Below are positions 31,215 to 41,111 of a stretch of 64,000 nt of DNA, piece after piece. A program made the translations under genes and the position numbers. Positions within the stretch are counted from its first letter, which is position 1. Each line of letters starts with the position of its first letter. The DNA is from Opitutales bacterium (GTDB taxonomy: Bacteria > Verrucomicrobiota > Verrucomicrobiia > Opitutales > Coraliomargaritaceae): contig JBMYNR010000001.1 in assembly GCA_049598495.1 (NCBI GenBank), positions 1 to 64,000 of the forward strand. The letters are read 5' to 3'. The notes under the pieces are model-generated. The model did not search any database and had not been told where the DNA came from. It saw only the letters and a list, made by a program, of their open reading frames with translations.

Positions 31215-31419
31215 CGTCGATAGTGTCCGGTCGGGCGGACTCGGTGAGGCCGCCGTTCTGCAATTGATGGCGCTTGTCTGATTGAAAAGCTATCTCAAAA
31301 CAATCTCTTATGGTGAATGGCGGACACCGCGAGACTGCCCTTGCTAAAATGCCAGTTCGCTCTAGCTAAACGCGTTTGCATAATTTCGGGCAAATGTCTT
31401 CCTTCCAGGATACACGATT

Positions 31420-31986
31420 ATGTCTGAACAAAGCCATCTGCTCTACGCACTGTCCATCTGGTATCAGCCCAGCCGAACGATTCAAGGTTTGGTAGGTTCT
31501 GGGTGCGGCCATCGCCTGGCGATACTTGTGGCAGCGATCTTCGGATTTATTCAGGCGATCCCGTTTTATCTCTCCGAAGATTCCGCAGGATCGGAGATGT
31601 TTCTCATTGGTGTGGGATTCGGACTTCTGGGCCTCTTTCTCTTTGCCTGGCTGCTACGAAATTTCGGTCGCTGGTTCGGGGCGCAGGCGGCCGTGAGGGA
31701 TGTTCGGGTAGCCCTGGGGCTCTCCTTGATGCCTTGGTTGGCCCTCTTCGGAGTATTGTTTTGGATGCGCCAATCTTTCGGACCGGAGGTCCTGCAGTCT
31801 TATTATTGGCTCTTCTTCGTTGGTTTTGTTTATGGCTATGTTGTCATACTGATGTCTCTATCAGCGGCCTTGCGCTTGAGTGTATTGAAGACATTTTTTT
31901 GTTTGATCGTAACCTGTATGGTCAGCCTGTTTCCGCTTACACTTATGCTTCAGCTGTTGTTTCCGACATTAATGCCCGTTCAATAG
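31420..31986 (+). CDS. Membrane protein, Yip1-like
   Basis: About 5 TM segments; SIWYQPSRTI N-terminal motif. Confidence 0.6.
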   Translation: MSEQSHLLYALSIWYQPSRTIQGLVGSGCGHRLAILVAAIFGFIQAIPFYLSEDSAGSEMFLIGVGFGLLGLFLFAWLLRNFGRWFGAQAAVRDVRVALGLSLMPWLALFGVLFWMRQSFGPEVLQSYYWLFFVGFVYGYVVILMSLSAALRLSVLKTFFCLIVTCMVSLFPLTLMLQLLFPTLMPVQ

Positions 31987-31995
31987 ACCTATTCT

Positions 31996-33654
31996 ATGCT
32001 TCAATATATCCGCATAAAAAATCTGGCGTTGCTGGACGAGGTGAGGCTTGAATTCGAACCTGGGTTTTCAGCGGTGACGGGTGAGACCGGCGCGGGAAAA
32101 AGTGTGCTTTTAGGCGCACTGGGGCTGCTTTCCGGCGCGCGGACGGACAAGACTTTAATTCGTCAGGGTGAGGAGAAGTTGGAGGTGGAGGCTGCCCTCT
32201 ATTTTGGTGAAGGGATGGGGATCAATACGCTGTTAGAAACGGCGGGTCTACCTGAATGTGAAGATGGCGTTCTACTTTTGCAGCGCAGTATCGACCGTAA
32301 GAAGATGCCGCGCATCCAGATCAACGGGAGCATGGCGACGCTTACCCAGCTACAGTTGCTTGGTGAGAGTTGGATTGACTTTCATGGTCCTGGAGAGCCG
32401 CAGAAACTTTTCCAGGAAAAGTGTCAGTTGGAGATGTTGGATGGCTACGCCGGTAATGCGAAAGCACGATTGAAATACCATCATCTATACGATGAGTGGC
32501 GAGCGACGCTGAGGGAGATCGAGGTGCTCGAGGGGAGTGAACGACTGGATGACGATGAGGTTGAGTTTATTTGCAAACAGATTCAGAAAATTGATGCGGT
32601 CGAGGTCAGCGAGGAATCCATTGATGCACTCGAGCGCGACTTTACGCGCATGTCCAGTGCACAGGAGTTGGTCGGGTTGGCGTCGGCTTGTTCAGAGGGT
32701 CTCAACGGCGAGGGGAGTGTTAACGATCTGCTGGGCAGTTTACTTGTTCGGATGGAAGAATTAGCGCAAATGGACGAAGGTTCAGCGCCCCTTTTAGAGC
32801 GCCTTCGAAGCTTGCAGATTGAGCTTCAGGATCTCGGGGAGGATGTGGGGCGGCTCGCTTCCGATTTTCATTTCGATCCCGAGGCCATTGAGTCGGCAAG
32901 CGAACGGATGAGTCTTTGGCAGGAACTGAGGCGTAAGCATGGAGGTTCGGTCGCCTCGGTTCTGGCTAAGCGGGATGAGCTGCAGCAAAAAATCGAGATT
33001 CAGGGTGACCTCGATGGTGTCATTGCTAAGAAACAAAATGCGGCGGACAAGATGGAGCGCTCTCTGCGAAAGGACGCGAGCGCTATCACGAAGGCGCGGG
33101 TAAAGGCATCCGAGACCCTTGGAGGTAAAGCGGCCACGCTTCTGCAGTCACTGGGGTTTAAGAAAGCCCGTTTGGAAATCGAGATCATCGCGGATGAGGC
33201 TCTCCATGAATCGGGTGATAGCCATTGCCGTTTTCTCTTCGCGCCGAATGCGGGGCAGGATTTGCTACCGCTTAACAAAATTGCCTCCAGCGGGGAGACC
33301 GCACGGGTTATGCTCGCCCTTAAAACAGTACTTGCTGAGTCCGATTCGACGCCGCTTCTGGTATTTGACGAAGTGGATGCCAATGTTGGAGGCGAAGTCG
33401 GCCGTTCGGTGGGGCTGGAATTGGCTCGGCTCGCGGCGGAGCATCAAGTGCTCTGTGTGACTCACTTGCCGCAGGTAGCTTCGCTCGCGCACAATCATTT
33501 TGTGGTCACCAAGTCGCAGGAAGATGCGTCGACTTCCGTCGAGATTACACCTCTGGGCGAAAGCCGTGAAGCCCGTCTTGAAGAACTCGCCCGCATGTTG
33601 GGCGACCGGAATTCAGCCTCGGCGCTCGCCCATGCTGAGCAGCTGCTTGCTTAA
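31996..33654 (+). CDS. recN: DNA repair protein RecN
   Basis: TGETGAGKS, coiled coil, ASSGETAR, FDEVD, CVTHLPQVA. Confidence 0.96.
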   Translation: MLQYIRIKNLALLDEVRLEFEPGFSAVTGETGAGKSVLLGALGLLSGARTDKTLIRQGEEKLEVEAALYFGEGMGINTLLETAGLPECEDGVLLLQRSIDRKKMPRIQINGSMATLTQLQLLGESWIDFHGPGEPQKLFQEKCQLEMLDGYAGNAKARLKYHHLYDEWRATLREIEVLEGSERLDDDEVEFICKQIQKIDAVEVSEESIDALERDFTRMSSAQELVGLASACSEGLNGEGSVNDLLGSLLVRMEELAQMDEGSAPLLERLRSLQIELQDLGEDVGRLASDFHFDPEAIESASERMSLWQELRRKHGGSVASVLAKRDELQQKIEIQGDLDGVIAKKQNAADKMERSLRKDASAITKARVKASETLGGKAATLLQSLGFKKARLEIEIIADEALHESGDSHCRFLFAPNAGQDLLPLNKIASSGETARVMLALKTVLAESDSTPLLVFDEVDANVGGEVGRSVGLELARLAAEHQVLCVTHLPQVASLAHNHFVVTKSQEDASTSVEITPLGESREARLEELARMLGDRNSASALAHAEQLLA

Positions 33655-33658
33655 GAGT

Positions 33659-33719
33659 GGAGGGACCGCGTCTCGCGGTCCTCTGGCGTGTGTGCGGACC
33701 GACAGAGTCGGTCCGCACA
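33659..33719. repeat. GGAG-class REP plus 13-bp hairpin between convergent recN and folA
   Basis: GGAGGGACCGCGTCTCGCGGTCC; TGTGCGGACCGAC-AGA-GTCGGTCCGCACA. Confidence 0.75.
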
Positions 33720-33725
33720 TAATCC

Positions 33726-34187
33726 TCACTTCCGCACCCAATGTTCCACGGTGAAATCATCATCTTTTTGGATGATTGATTTCAGCTCGAAGTCGTCTTC
33801 GAACTCGGGGAAGAAAGCATCGCCTTCGACTTCGCGGTGGACACGACTAAGGTAGAGTTCCGAACACTTCGGTAGCATTTGCTCGTAGATTTCGCCGCCG
33901 CCTGCAATCCAGATCGTCTGATCGGTATCGAGATGGTCGAGCACGGAGAGATCGGTAAAGCTATGGACACCTCGGATCTCGCGGGCCTGTCGGCTGAGCA
34001 CGTAAGTATCGCGCCCGGGGAGGGGGCGACCGATGGACTCGTAGGTCTTTCGCCCCATCACGAGGATGCCGCCCATGGTGCTTGTTTTGAACCACTTGAA
34101 ATCCTCGGGCAGATGCCAGGGGATCTTGCCTCCATTGCCGATGACTCGGTTCTCGGACATGGCTGCGATGGCTTTAAAGGTGTTCAT
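33726..34187 (-). CDS. folA: Dihydrofolate reductase
   Basis: IPWHLPEDF, MGRKTYESIGRPLPGR, AGGGEIY, GDAFFP. Confidence 0.96.
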   Translation of the reverse strand: MNTFKAIAAMSENRVIGNGGKIPWHLPEDFKWFKTSTMGGILVMGRKTYESIGRPLPGRDTYVLSRQAREIRGVHSFTDLSVLDHLDTDQTIWIAGGGEIYEQMLPKCSELYLSRVHREVEGDAFFPEFEDDFELKSIIQKDDDFTVEHWVRK

Positions 34188-34299
34188 TTATGAGGAATGA
34201 TGGTGGAGGAATGATGGATAATGGGGGGGGCGGGGTGGTGTTGTGCCGATTCGCGCTCGTAATCGTGTTCTGCCCGAAGATTAAGAGAGTGCTTCGCGC

Positions 34300-35094
34300 T
34301 TAGACGGCGATTGGTGCCTTGATTGCAGGGTGGGGGTCGTAGTTGACCAGTTCGAAGTCCTCATATCTAAATCCGTCAATTGTCTTGATCTCCGGGTTGA
34401 TCTTCATCTGTGGGAGGGCGCGCGGCTTCCTCGAGAGTTGTAACTTGGCCTGCTCGATGTGATTGGAGTAGAGATGGAGGTCACCAAAGGTATGGACAAA
34501 CTCCTTCGGCTTGAGGTCGCAAACTTGTGCGACCATCATGGTTAGTAATGCGTAGGAGGCGATGTTGAAGGGCACGCCGAGGAAGATATCTGCACTGCGT
34601 TGGTAGAGTTGGCAGCTGAGCTCTCCGTTGGCTACGTAGAACTGGAACAGGGCGTGGCAGGGCGGTAGGGCCATGTGCTTGACCTCGCCTGGATTCCATG
34701 CGCAGACAATGTGGCGACGGCTATCCGGATTGTTCTTGAGTGCATGGATGACCTCGCCGAGTTGGTCGACCCGTTCGCCGTCGGGTGCGGCCCAGTCGCG
34801 CCATTGGGCCCCATAGACGCGCCCGAGGTTGCCGTCCTCGTCGGCCCACTCATCCCAGATGCTGACCTTGTTCTCTTTCAGGTAGCCAATGTTCGTATTG
34901 CCCTGAATGAACCAGAGCAGCTCGTGGATGATGGAGCGCAGATGCAGCTTCTTCGTCGTGAGCAAAGGGAAGTCGGGATCCAGCGAAAAGCGGGCCTGCG
35001 CACCAAAGATCGAGTAGGTGCCGGTGCCCGTTCGGTCATCGCGGTAAGTGCCTGTTTCAAGAACGGTTCGAAGTAGATCGTGGTAGCTTTTCAT
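34300..35094 (-). CDS. thyA: Thymidylate synthase
   Basis: [32 protein letters not shown]. Confidence 0.98.
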   Translation of the reverse strand: MKSYHDLLRTVLETGTYRDDRTGTGTYSIFGAQARFSLDPDFPLLTTKKLHLRSIIHELLWFIQGNTNIGYLKENKVSIWDEWADEDGNLGRVYGAQWRDWAAPDGERVDQLGEVIHALKNNPDSRRHIVCAWNPGEVKHMALPPCHALFQFYVANGELSCQLYQRSADIFLGVPFNIASYALLTMMVAQVCDLKPKEFVHTFGDLHLYSNHIEQAKLQLSRKPRALPQMKINPEIKTIDGFRYEDFELVNYDPHPAIKAPIAV

Positions 35095-35199
35095 TCGGTG
35101 CAGTTGAGCCTTGAGGAAATAGGGAGGCTGTCAATGCGTAGCGTGTGGGCAGATGGCGGAGAGTAGAGAGCAAGAGTGCATATTGTTGGGGGTCATCGT

Positions 35200-35270
35200 G
35201 TAGAACGCTGACGATAGTCAGTGTTTGGGAGCTTGGCGGCGGCTCACAACGGCTGTCGCCGCCGTGCTAC
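35200..35270. repeat. REP doublet, same family as the 2355, 2475 and 7592 copies, without loop insert
   Basis: GTAG-AACGCTGAC-GATA-GTCAGTGTT...ACAACGGCTGTCGCCGCCGTGCTAC. Confidence 0.85.
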
Positions 35271-35379
35271 ATCAAAGCAGGGCTCGACCTCCTGACCCAG
35301 CGTAGCTCAACGAGCGAAGACGGTTGGTCGATGTCGTGTACGTGGTGCGGCCACAGCAAGCTAACCCGAATATTGCACC

Positions 35380-35592
35380 AGTTTGTTGCTGTCGTTCTTT
35401 ATCTTGTTACGGGATGGCTACTTGCGAGTTTTCTTCAAAAACTCGTCGTGTCACAAAAGTGACAGCAACAAACTTTGAGTCCAGAAGCGTCCCTGGCTGT
35501 GTTCCGAGCGCGTAACCCACTTAGTCACGCACTTTAGTGCGCTCCTGCGTGGAACGCGGCTCGCGCCTTGCCAAAGCCAATTCTGGATCTCA
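35380..35592. repeat. Two abutting MITE-like inverted-repeat elements
   Basis: 14-bp perfect IR AGTTTGTTGCTGTC (35380) / GACAGCAACAAACT (ends 35474); then TGAGTCCAGAA (35476) / TTCTGGATCTCA (ends 35592). Confidence 0.6.
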
Positions 35593-35647
35593 TGCAATAA
35601 GCGGGCTAAGGCCCTACGTTTTGGGAGGCGGTAGGCAGGAATCTGCC

Positions 35648-36013
35648 CTAACTTCGGATGACGAGATCGGTGATCTCCTTGCAGTGCTCCAGCCCTTGGA
35701 TTTTTTTGAGCACGCTTCGTTTCATAAACTGTAGCTCGGAGCGGAGTGTCTGGTTGGTCACGGAAACCACCAGTGTATGGTCGTCCTTGATGCGGACGGG
35801 ATTGCAGCGCCCAGCAAGGCTGGGGCCAAAGACATACTCCCAGTTCTCTACCAAGCTGCGCTCGGGGCTTGGTTTCTCTAACTTGTATTGCTCTTGCAGC
35901 ACCACCAGTAGGTTATCCAGAGGCGTCGGATCACGGCGGGAGGAGGCCGTCACTGCGCGCGGCAATCCGCGAAAATCCGCGATCACATCCTCTATATTTT
36001 TGGAAAATTTCAC
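35648..36013 (-). CDS. dciA: DUF721/DciA family protein
   Basis: ENWEYVFGPSLAGRCNPVRI...LVVSV...LRSELQF; GTG start at VKFSK inferred. Confidence 0.8.
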   Translation of the reverse strand: MKFSKNIEDVIADFRGLPRAVTASSRRDPTPLDNLLVVLQEQYKLEKPSPERSLVENWEYVFGPSLAGRCNPVRIKDDHTLVVSVTNQTLRSELQFMKRSVLKKIQGLEHCKEITDLVIRS

Positions 36014-36055
36014 TCGGGCGCTAAAAAATGCACAAATTACTAGATTTAATCCCAC

Positions 36056-36072
36056 TTGGCACGGTAGCTGTT
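36056..36072 (+). promoter_or_regulatory. Possible sigma54-type -24/-12 promoter upstream of ncRNA unit A
   Basis: TTGGCACGG-TAG-CTGTT against consensus YTGGCACG-N4-TTGCW; -24 matches, -12 imperfect. Confidence 0.3.
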
Positions 36073-36090
36073 ATAGGGATGTTAGTTCTT

Positions 36091-36183
<93 letters not shown>

Positions 36184-36296
36184 CTGAAGAGGTTCTTGAT
36201 AAGCATGCCTTATTCTTACTATAAGTAAAATAAGTAATATTGGGATTTTGATTTTATCGCTTGCGGGAAGAGATCTTTTCTCTTCTATCCGAAGCA

Positions 36297-36389
<93 letters not shown>

Positions 36390-36500
36390 AGGTTCTGTTG
36401 TTGGCATTTGTGGCATCAGTGCGCCTCCGAGACGAGAGCTCCATCCAGTCACCGTTTGGGAAAGCGGTATTATCTGTAATCGACTTGCGATGGGTTCCAA

Positions 36501-36764
36501 TCAGGCGGCGGCACCCGTCCGTCGACCTAACTGGCGACCTAACTGGCGACCTAACTGGCCCAAGTTCGCTCCCGCTCCGTCCGCTCCGTCTGCTCGGTTA
36601 CGCGCGCGGCAGTGGCGGATTGATCCTACCACCTCGAATTCATTCGGGTGTCCGGCCTCAATGTATTCTAGGGCACGACACAAAGCCTCGACAGTTTCGT
36701 CCAAAAGATCGATTTTTACCTCTAAAAGATGCTCGAGGAGATTGTGTGGTTGTATAACAGGCAC
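36501..36764 (-). CDS. Small hypothetical protein with repeat-expanded C-terminus
   Basis: 87-aa ORF, amphipathic acidic N-terminal half; in-frame 12-bp (QLGR x3) and 9-bp repeats. Confidence 0.4.
   Translation of the reverse strand: MPVIQPHNLLEHLLEVKIDLLDETVEALCRALEYIEAGHPNEFEVVGSIRHCRARNRADGADGAGANLGQLGRQLGRQLGRRTGAAA
36523..36558. repeat. Perfect 12-bp tandem repeat x3
   Basis: CGACCTAACTGG three times. Confidence 0.95.
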
Positions 36765-36785
36765 GCTAAGTAAATAGAATTATCT

Positions 36786-37454
36786 TTGGTGAAAAACATA
36801 CGCGCACAGTTTACGAATGTCGATGAGTCGACTTGGACCCTAATTGAGAAATGGTTCGTGCTACTGCGCGAGTGGAACGGTAAGATTAATCTAATTTCTC
36901 GCAAGGATATCGACTATCTCGAAGAGCGCCATCTTTCGCATTGTCTGGCCATTACCAATCATCTTAAATTAATGAATGGCGCACGTATTATGGATGTGGG
37001 TACTGGCGGCGGGTTCCCCGGGATTATTATGGCAATCTGTTATCCGCAGGCGCATTTCACCCTAATCGACTCGATTGGTAAGAAGATCGCAGTGGTTCAG
37101 GATCTTGCGGACAAACTGGGTTTGAAAAACGTGGATGCACGGCAGTGCCGAGCGGAGGAAGTAAAGAAGCAGTTCGACTTTATTACCGGGCGTGCCGTCA
37201 AGAATCTACCGGAGTATTTTAGCTGGATTAAGAATAACCTTCGCCGTGGGGAGCGCCACTCGATTCCGAACGGAGTGCTCTACTGGAAGGGCGGGAACTT
37301 GGATGATGAGCTCGAGGCCCTCGGGATTCGTCCCCGCAAGACGATCTCTCTGGAAGAGAGTTTCAGTGATCCGTATTTTGCGCAGAAGTATATCCTGCAC
37401 TTTGATGCGCGTGATGTGCCGCGTGCCCGCAAGCCGAGAGCTGGAGCATTGTGA
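36786..37454 (+). CDS. rsmG: 16S rRNA G527 N7-methyltransferase
   Basis: [33 protein letters not shown]; start TTG 36786 or GTG 36789. Confidence 0.94.
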   Translation: MVKNIRAQFTNVDESTWTLIEKWFVLLREWNGKINLISRKDIDYLEERHLSHCLAITNHLKLMNGARIMDVGTGGGFPGIIMAICYPQAHFTLIDSIGKKIAVVQDLADKLGLKNVDARQCRAEEVKKQFDFITGRAVKNLPEYFSWIKNNLRRGERHSIPNGVLYWKGGNLDDELEALGIRPRKTISLEESFSDPYFAQKYILHFDARDVPRARKPRAGAL

Positions 37455-37598
37455 ATTTAACTTGAATATGTAGCCGCCTCACTCTGTCCCGGCGTTTCAA
37501 GCTTCTGCACGGCAACGGAGTGCCGTGGCTTGTAGGTTATACGGCGATGTTAACCTTATTCAAAACGGTATTACTCCTTCAAAACGGAGGAAAGCGTG

Positions 37599-38990
37599 TT
37601 AATACTCGATCAGGTAGAGGTAACCTTGGGAGACCTGTTTCGCATGCTCGGCGGGCACCCACCGGATCGCATAGCTGGGTCCCCAGGAGTCGCTCACCGC
37701 AATTTCCCCGGTCGCCTTGTTGTAGCCGATGATCATGCATGCATGGGCGGACATCATGTCTTTGCGTAGTTCAATATCGCTGACTTCCTTTTTGGTGCGA
37801 GTTGCCCATTGATCCCAGTGGCTCGTTTTGGAGCGGTCTTTGGTTCGTGCGTTTACAAAGCTATTGTATTCTCGAGAGGAGAACATGGCCCAAATCAGAG
37901 GGAGTCCCCGATCAATATATTTTCGAATCGTGCGCATATCGATCTCGCCAGTTATCTTCTTCATAGAGCGATTCTGCGATGCGGCCTTACCCTTGATCGC
38001 CTCCATAATCTCTGAGATGGAGGTGCCGCCGCCTATGCCCGTCTGCCCAGCCATCGCGAGAAGATACATATCAGCGGGTATTTTAAGAAACCGAAGATAG
38101 CGTTCGAATGTAGCGGGCACGCAGTAGCCCTTTGGCCCCTGGTCGACCATGGGAATGTTGTCGATTAGGACATCGCCGTTTGGGAGTTTTTTGATATTCT
38201 CGAGCGTCAGTTTTCGAAGTGCTGCATCGGATAGTTTCTCTGTGCGTCCCTTGTTGTCGGCCATCGCGGTTGTGATGATCCTAAGGCTGACGTATTCACC
38301 GTCTTGAGCGGCGAGTATGAACGCGTGACCCTGCCAGTCCCAACGTTCGATCAGTTGTTTCATGCCGCGACCGGCCCCGAATTGCTGGCGCTCAGGTTGG
38401 CCGAGCTCGCGCGTAAGCACCTTTCGCAAGGTCTCAAGGTCATTCTCGATGGCTCGCTCCAGGTTTCTAATTTGTTCGGAGGTCGGAGGGTCGCTGAAGC
38501 GGATATCGCCCTTATTGGCGAAAACAATACTGAAGCTTTCGGTCCTGTTTTCGCTGCCATAGATGACTGCAGAATAAGGGCGCGCTCCGAGGATGCGCTC
38601 GTCTTTCTCGGGATACAGTCGGTAACTGGACTGGTTCGCTGTCTTGGATTCACGTGGCCAGCCCAGGCGCTTGGCTGCGGCCTTGGCTTCGTCATCCCAT
38701 AGATTGCTATCGGCAAAGAGTGGAATCCCGAATGCCTCGTTTAGTGATTGGTAGGCATTTGCTTGCTCCTGTATGCGGCTTGTAATCATAGCGTTGCTTG
38801 CATCGGAGAGCCTCGACCGTTCCAGCCAGATTGGCTGCCCGTTCTTCATCCGTATTTCGATACGCGAGTCTTCGATGGCGAGTATCTGAACCTGGATGAC
38901 GCGTCCTTCGTGGTCAGAGATTTCAACGCCTGCGAGTGCTTGAAGGATTAGCATGGGAACGAGGAGCAGGCGTCGTGAGCGAGTGGACAT
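37599..38990 (-). CDS. Secreted C39-like (papain-fold) peptidase
   Basis: Signal peptide, SHD1-like N-terminal segment (LERSRLSDAS), QGPKGYC, HACMIIGY, SDSWG. Confidence 0.75.
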   Translation of the reverse strand: MSTRSRRLLLVPMLILQALAGVEISDHEGRVIQVQILAIEDSRIEIRMKNGQPIWLERSRLSDASNAMITSRIQEQANAYQSLNEAFGIPLFADSNLWDDEAKAAAKRLGWPRESKTANQSSYRLYPEKDERILGARPYSAVIYGSENRTESFSIVFANKGDIRFSDPPTSEQIRNLERAIENDLETLRKVLTRELGQPERQQFGAGRGMKQLIERWDWQGHAFILAAQDGEYVSLRIITTAMADNKGRTEKLSDAALRKLTLENIKKLPNGDVLIDNIPMVDQGPKGYCVPATFERYLRFLKIPADMYLLAMAGQTGIGGGTSISEIMEAIKGKAASQNRSMKKITGEIDMRTIRKYIDRGLPLIWAMFSSREYNSFVNARTKDRSKTSHWDQWATRTKKEVSDIELRKDMMSAHACMIIGYNKATGEIAVSDSWGPSYAIRWVPAEHAKQVSQGYLYLIEY

Positions 38991-39103
38991 GCCACTTAAG
39001 TTATCTTGCAGGGGGCGGTGGGCGAGTGTGATCTTGTATAAAATGCTTGCCCGCCACTCCGGCGGCCGATCAATTTGCGCATTCGCGAAACCACTTTCCC
39101 GGA

Positions 39104-40384
39104 ATGAGTCAGACGCCAGCTTCGCCCCGCACGCCTTGGTCTTGGGTGCCGACCGGATATTTCGCCGAAGGCCTGCCCTATGTCATGATTACTTGGGTGG
39201 CTGCGACCATGTTTAAGAACCTCGGCCACTCGGATACGGAGATCACTTTCTGGGTGGGTAATTTGACCGTGGTTTGGTCTCTGAAGCCCCTCTGGGCGGC
39301 GTTTTTGGATATGTTCAAAACGAAGAAGTGGGTCGTCCTGGCGATGGAGTTTTTTATTGCGACCCTGCTGGGCCTTGTCGCGTTCTCGCTGAGTCTGCCC
39401 GTCTACTTCCATGTCTCCATTGCGGTTCTTCTACTTATGGCGTTTTCCTCTGCCACGCAGGATATCTGTATGGACGGGATCTATATCACGACGCTGGACA
39501 AAACACGGCAGGCAAGATTCGTGGGTATTCAGGGTTTATTCTGGAATATAGGTCGCTTATTCTCCATGTCGGCGATCGTCTTTGTGGCCAGTTACTTCGG
39601 GGAAGGGGAACGTTCTTCCTGGACGATGGCCTGGTGCGTTGCTGCGGGTGTTATGACCGCGCTGGGGGGCTATCATTTATTCTTTCTGCCGAAGGGTTCG
39701 GTGGCCAAGCGGCCGGAGAGTTTCAAAGAAGTGCGGAGCACCTTTCTAGATGCATGGGCAGACTTCTTTCGGAAGCCGCAGATCTGGGGTATGCTGTCCT
39801 TCGTCTTTCTTTTTCGAAGCGGCGAGGGGCTTCTCCTGGGGGTGGGCCACCTCTTTCTGCAAGCTGATCCCGAAATGGGCGGCGTGGGCTTGAGCTTGGC
39901 TCAGAAGAGTGTGATCGACGGAATGGTCAGCGTCGTGGCGAGTCTTGCCGGTGGTATCCTTGGCGGGCTTTTCATTTCTAAATTTGGATTGAAGAAGACA
40001 CTCTTCACGATGGCAATCTGTCTCAACCTTCCGAACCTGACCTACGTCTATTTGGGGTTTGCTGTCGATGGTGCCGAGCCGCTTTCACTCATTACGGTGG
40101 GTAGCTTAGTCACAATTGAAAAGTTCTTTTACAGTTTTGGTTTCGTGGCGAATATGCTCTACATGATGCAGCAGATCAGCCCCGGAAAATACCATATGAC
40201 GCACTACGCCTTCTGCACCGCGATCATGAATCTCGTGCTCTGGCCGACGACCGCTGTGAGTGGTCTGTTGGCGGACATGTTTGGTTACCGGTTGTTCTTT
40301 ATAGTCGTCATGTTTGCCACAATCCCTTCCTTTCTAGCGGCATGGTATGCACCGTTCCCAAGAAATCAGGGTGACTCTATCTAG
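39104..40384 (+). CDS. AmpG-like MFS permease
   Basis: YFAEGLPY, WSLKPLWA, SATQDICMDG. Confidence 0.85.
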   Translation: MSQTPASPRTPWSWVPTGYFAEGLPYVMITWVAATMFKNLGHSDTEITFWVGNLTVVWSLKPLWAAFLDMFKTKKWVVLAMEFFIATLLGLVAFSLSLPVYFHVSIAVLLLMAFSSATQDICMDGIYITTLDKTRQARFVGIQGLFWNIGRLFSMSAIVFVASYFGEGERSSWTMAWCVAAGVMTALGGYHLFFLPKGSVAKRPESFKEVRSTFLDAWADFFRKPQIWGMLSFVFLFRSGEGLLLGVGHLFLQADPEMGGVGLSLAQKSVIDGMVSVVASLAGGILGGLFISKFGLKKTLFTMAICLNLPNLTYVYLGFAVDGAEPLSLITVGSLVTIEKFFYSFGFVANMLYMMQQISPGKYHMTHYAFCTAIMNLVLWPTTAVSGLLADMFGYRLFFIVVMFATIPSFLAAWYAPFPRNQGDSI

Positions 40385-40457
40385 CCGGTTGCGGTCTGCA
40401 TAACTGCCATATGTTTTGAATTGGTATTGAGGGGCTTGAGAATACTAAATAATTTGA

Positions 40458-41111
40458 ATGAAAATTGGGCTCACAGGGGGAATCGGTTGCGGTAAGTCGA
40501 CGGTTGTCGGGCTTTTTCGTGAAGCCGGATGGTCGACCATAGATTCGGATACGATCGTCCGGGAATTGCTGGCGACAGACGCCGATGTCCAGGCAGCCCT
40601 ACTGAACCGTTGGGGCACGGATGTTTTTGATGAGTCGGGATGTGTGAATCGTCAGGAGATTGCGAGTCGAGTGTTTTCCGAGGCATCCGAGTTGAAGTGG
40701 CTGGAGGGGCTCCTGCATCCGCTTGTTCGTGAACGATGGGAGCGTGTTGTGGCGAAGTCAGCCGAGGCCAACTGGTTGGTGGAGATCCCTTTGCTCTTCG
40801 AAAAAAGGCTTGAAACTACCTTCGATTTGACTGTCTGTGTTTCCTGTGCCCCTAATGTAGTCGAGTCCCGTATGTTGGCTCGAGGTTATTCAGGGGCCGA
40901 GATCGAGCAGCGCCGTGCGCAGCAGATGCCTCTCCGGCAGAAAGTTGAGCGCGCCGATCACCTTATCTCCAATTCCGGAAGCCTTGATTTTTTAAAACAA
41001 CAAACCGCGAGACTGATTGCGCAGATGACTGCTCAGTCATCCATTCTCCTTTCTGATTTGAACTCACCCAATGAGACGAAGAGCGTCGTCTCGAATATGA
41101 CAAAGCCATGA
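40458..41111 (+). CDS. coaE: Dephospho-CoA kinase
   Basis: [25 protein letters not shown]. Confidence 0.95.
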   Translation: MKIGLTGGIGCGKSTVVGLFREAGWSTIDSDTIVRELLATDADVQAALLNRWGTDVFDESGCVNRQEIASRVFSEASELKWLEGLLHPLVRERWERVVAKSAEANWLVEIPLLFEKRLETTFDLTVCVSCAPNVVESRMLARGYSGAEIEQRRAQQMPLRQKVERADHLISNSGSLDFLKQQTARLIAQMTAQSSILLSDLNSPNETKSVVSNMTKP

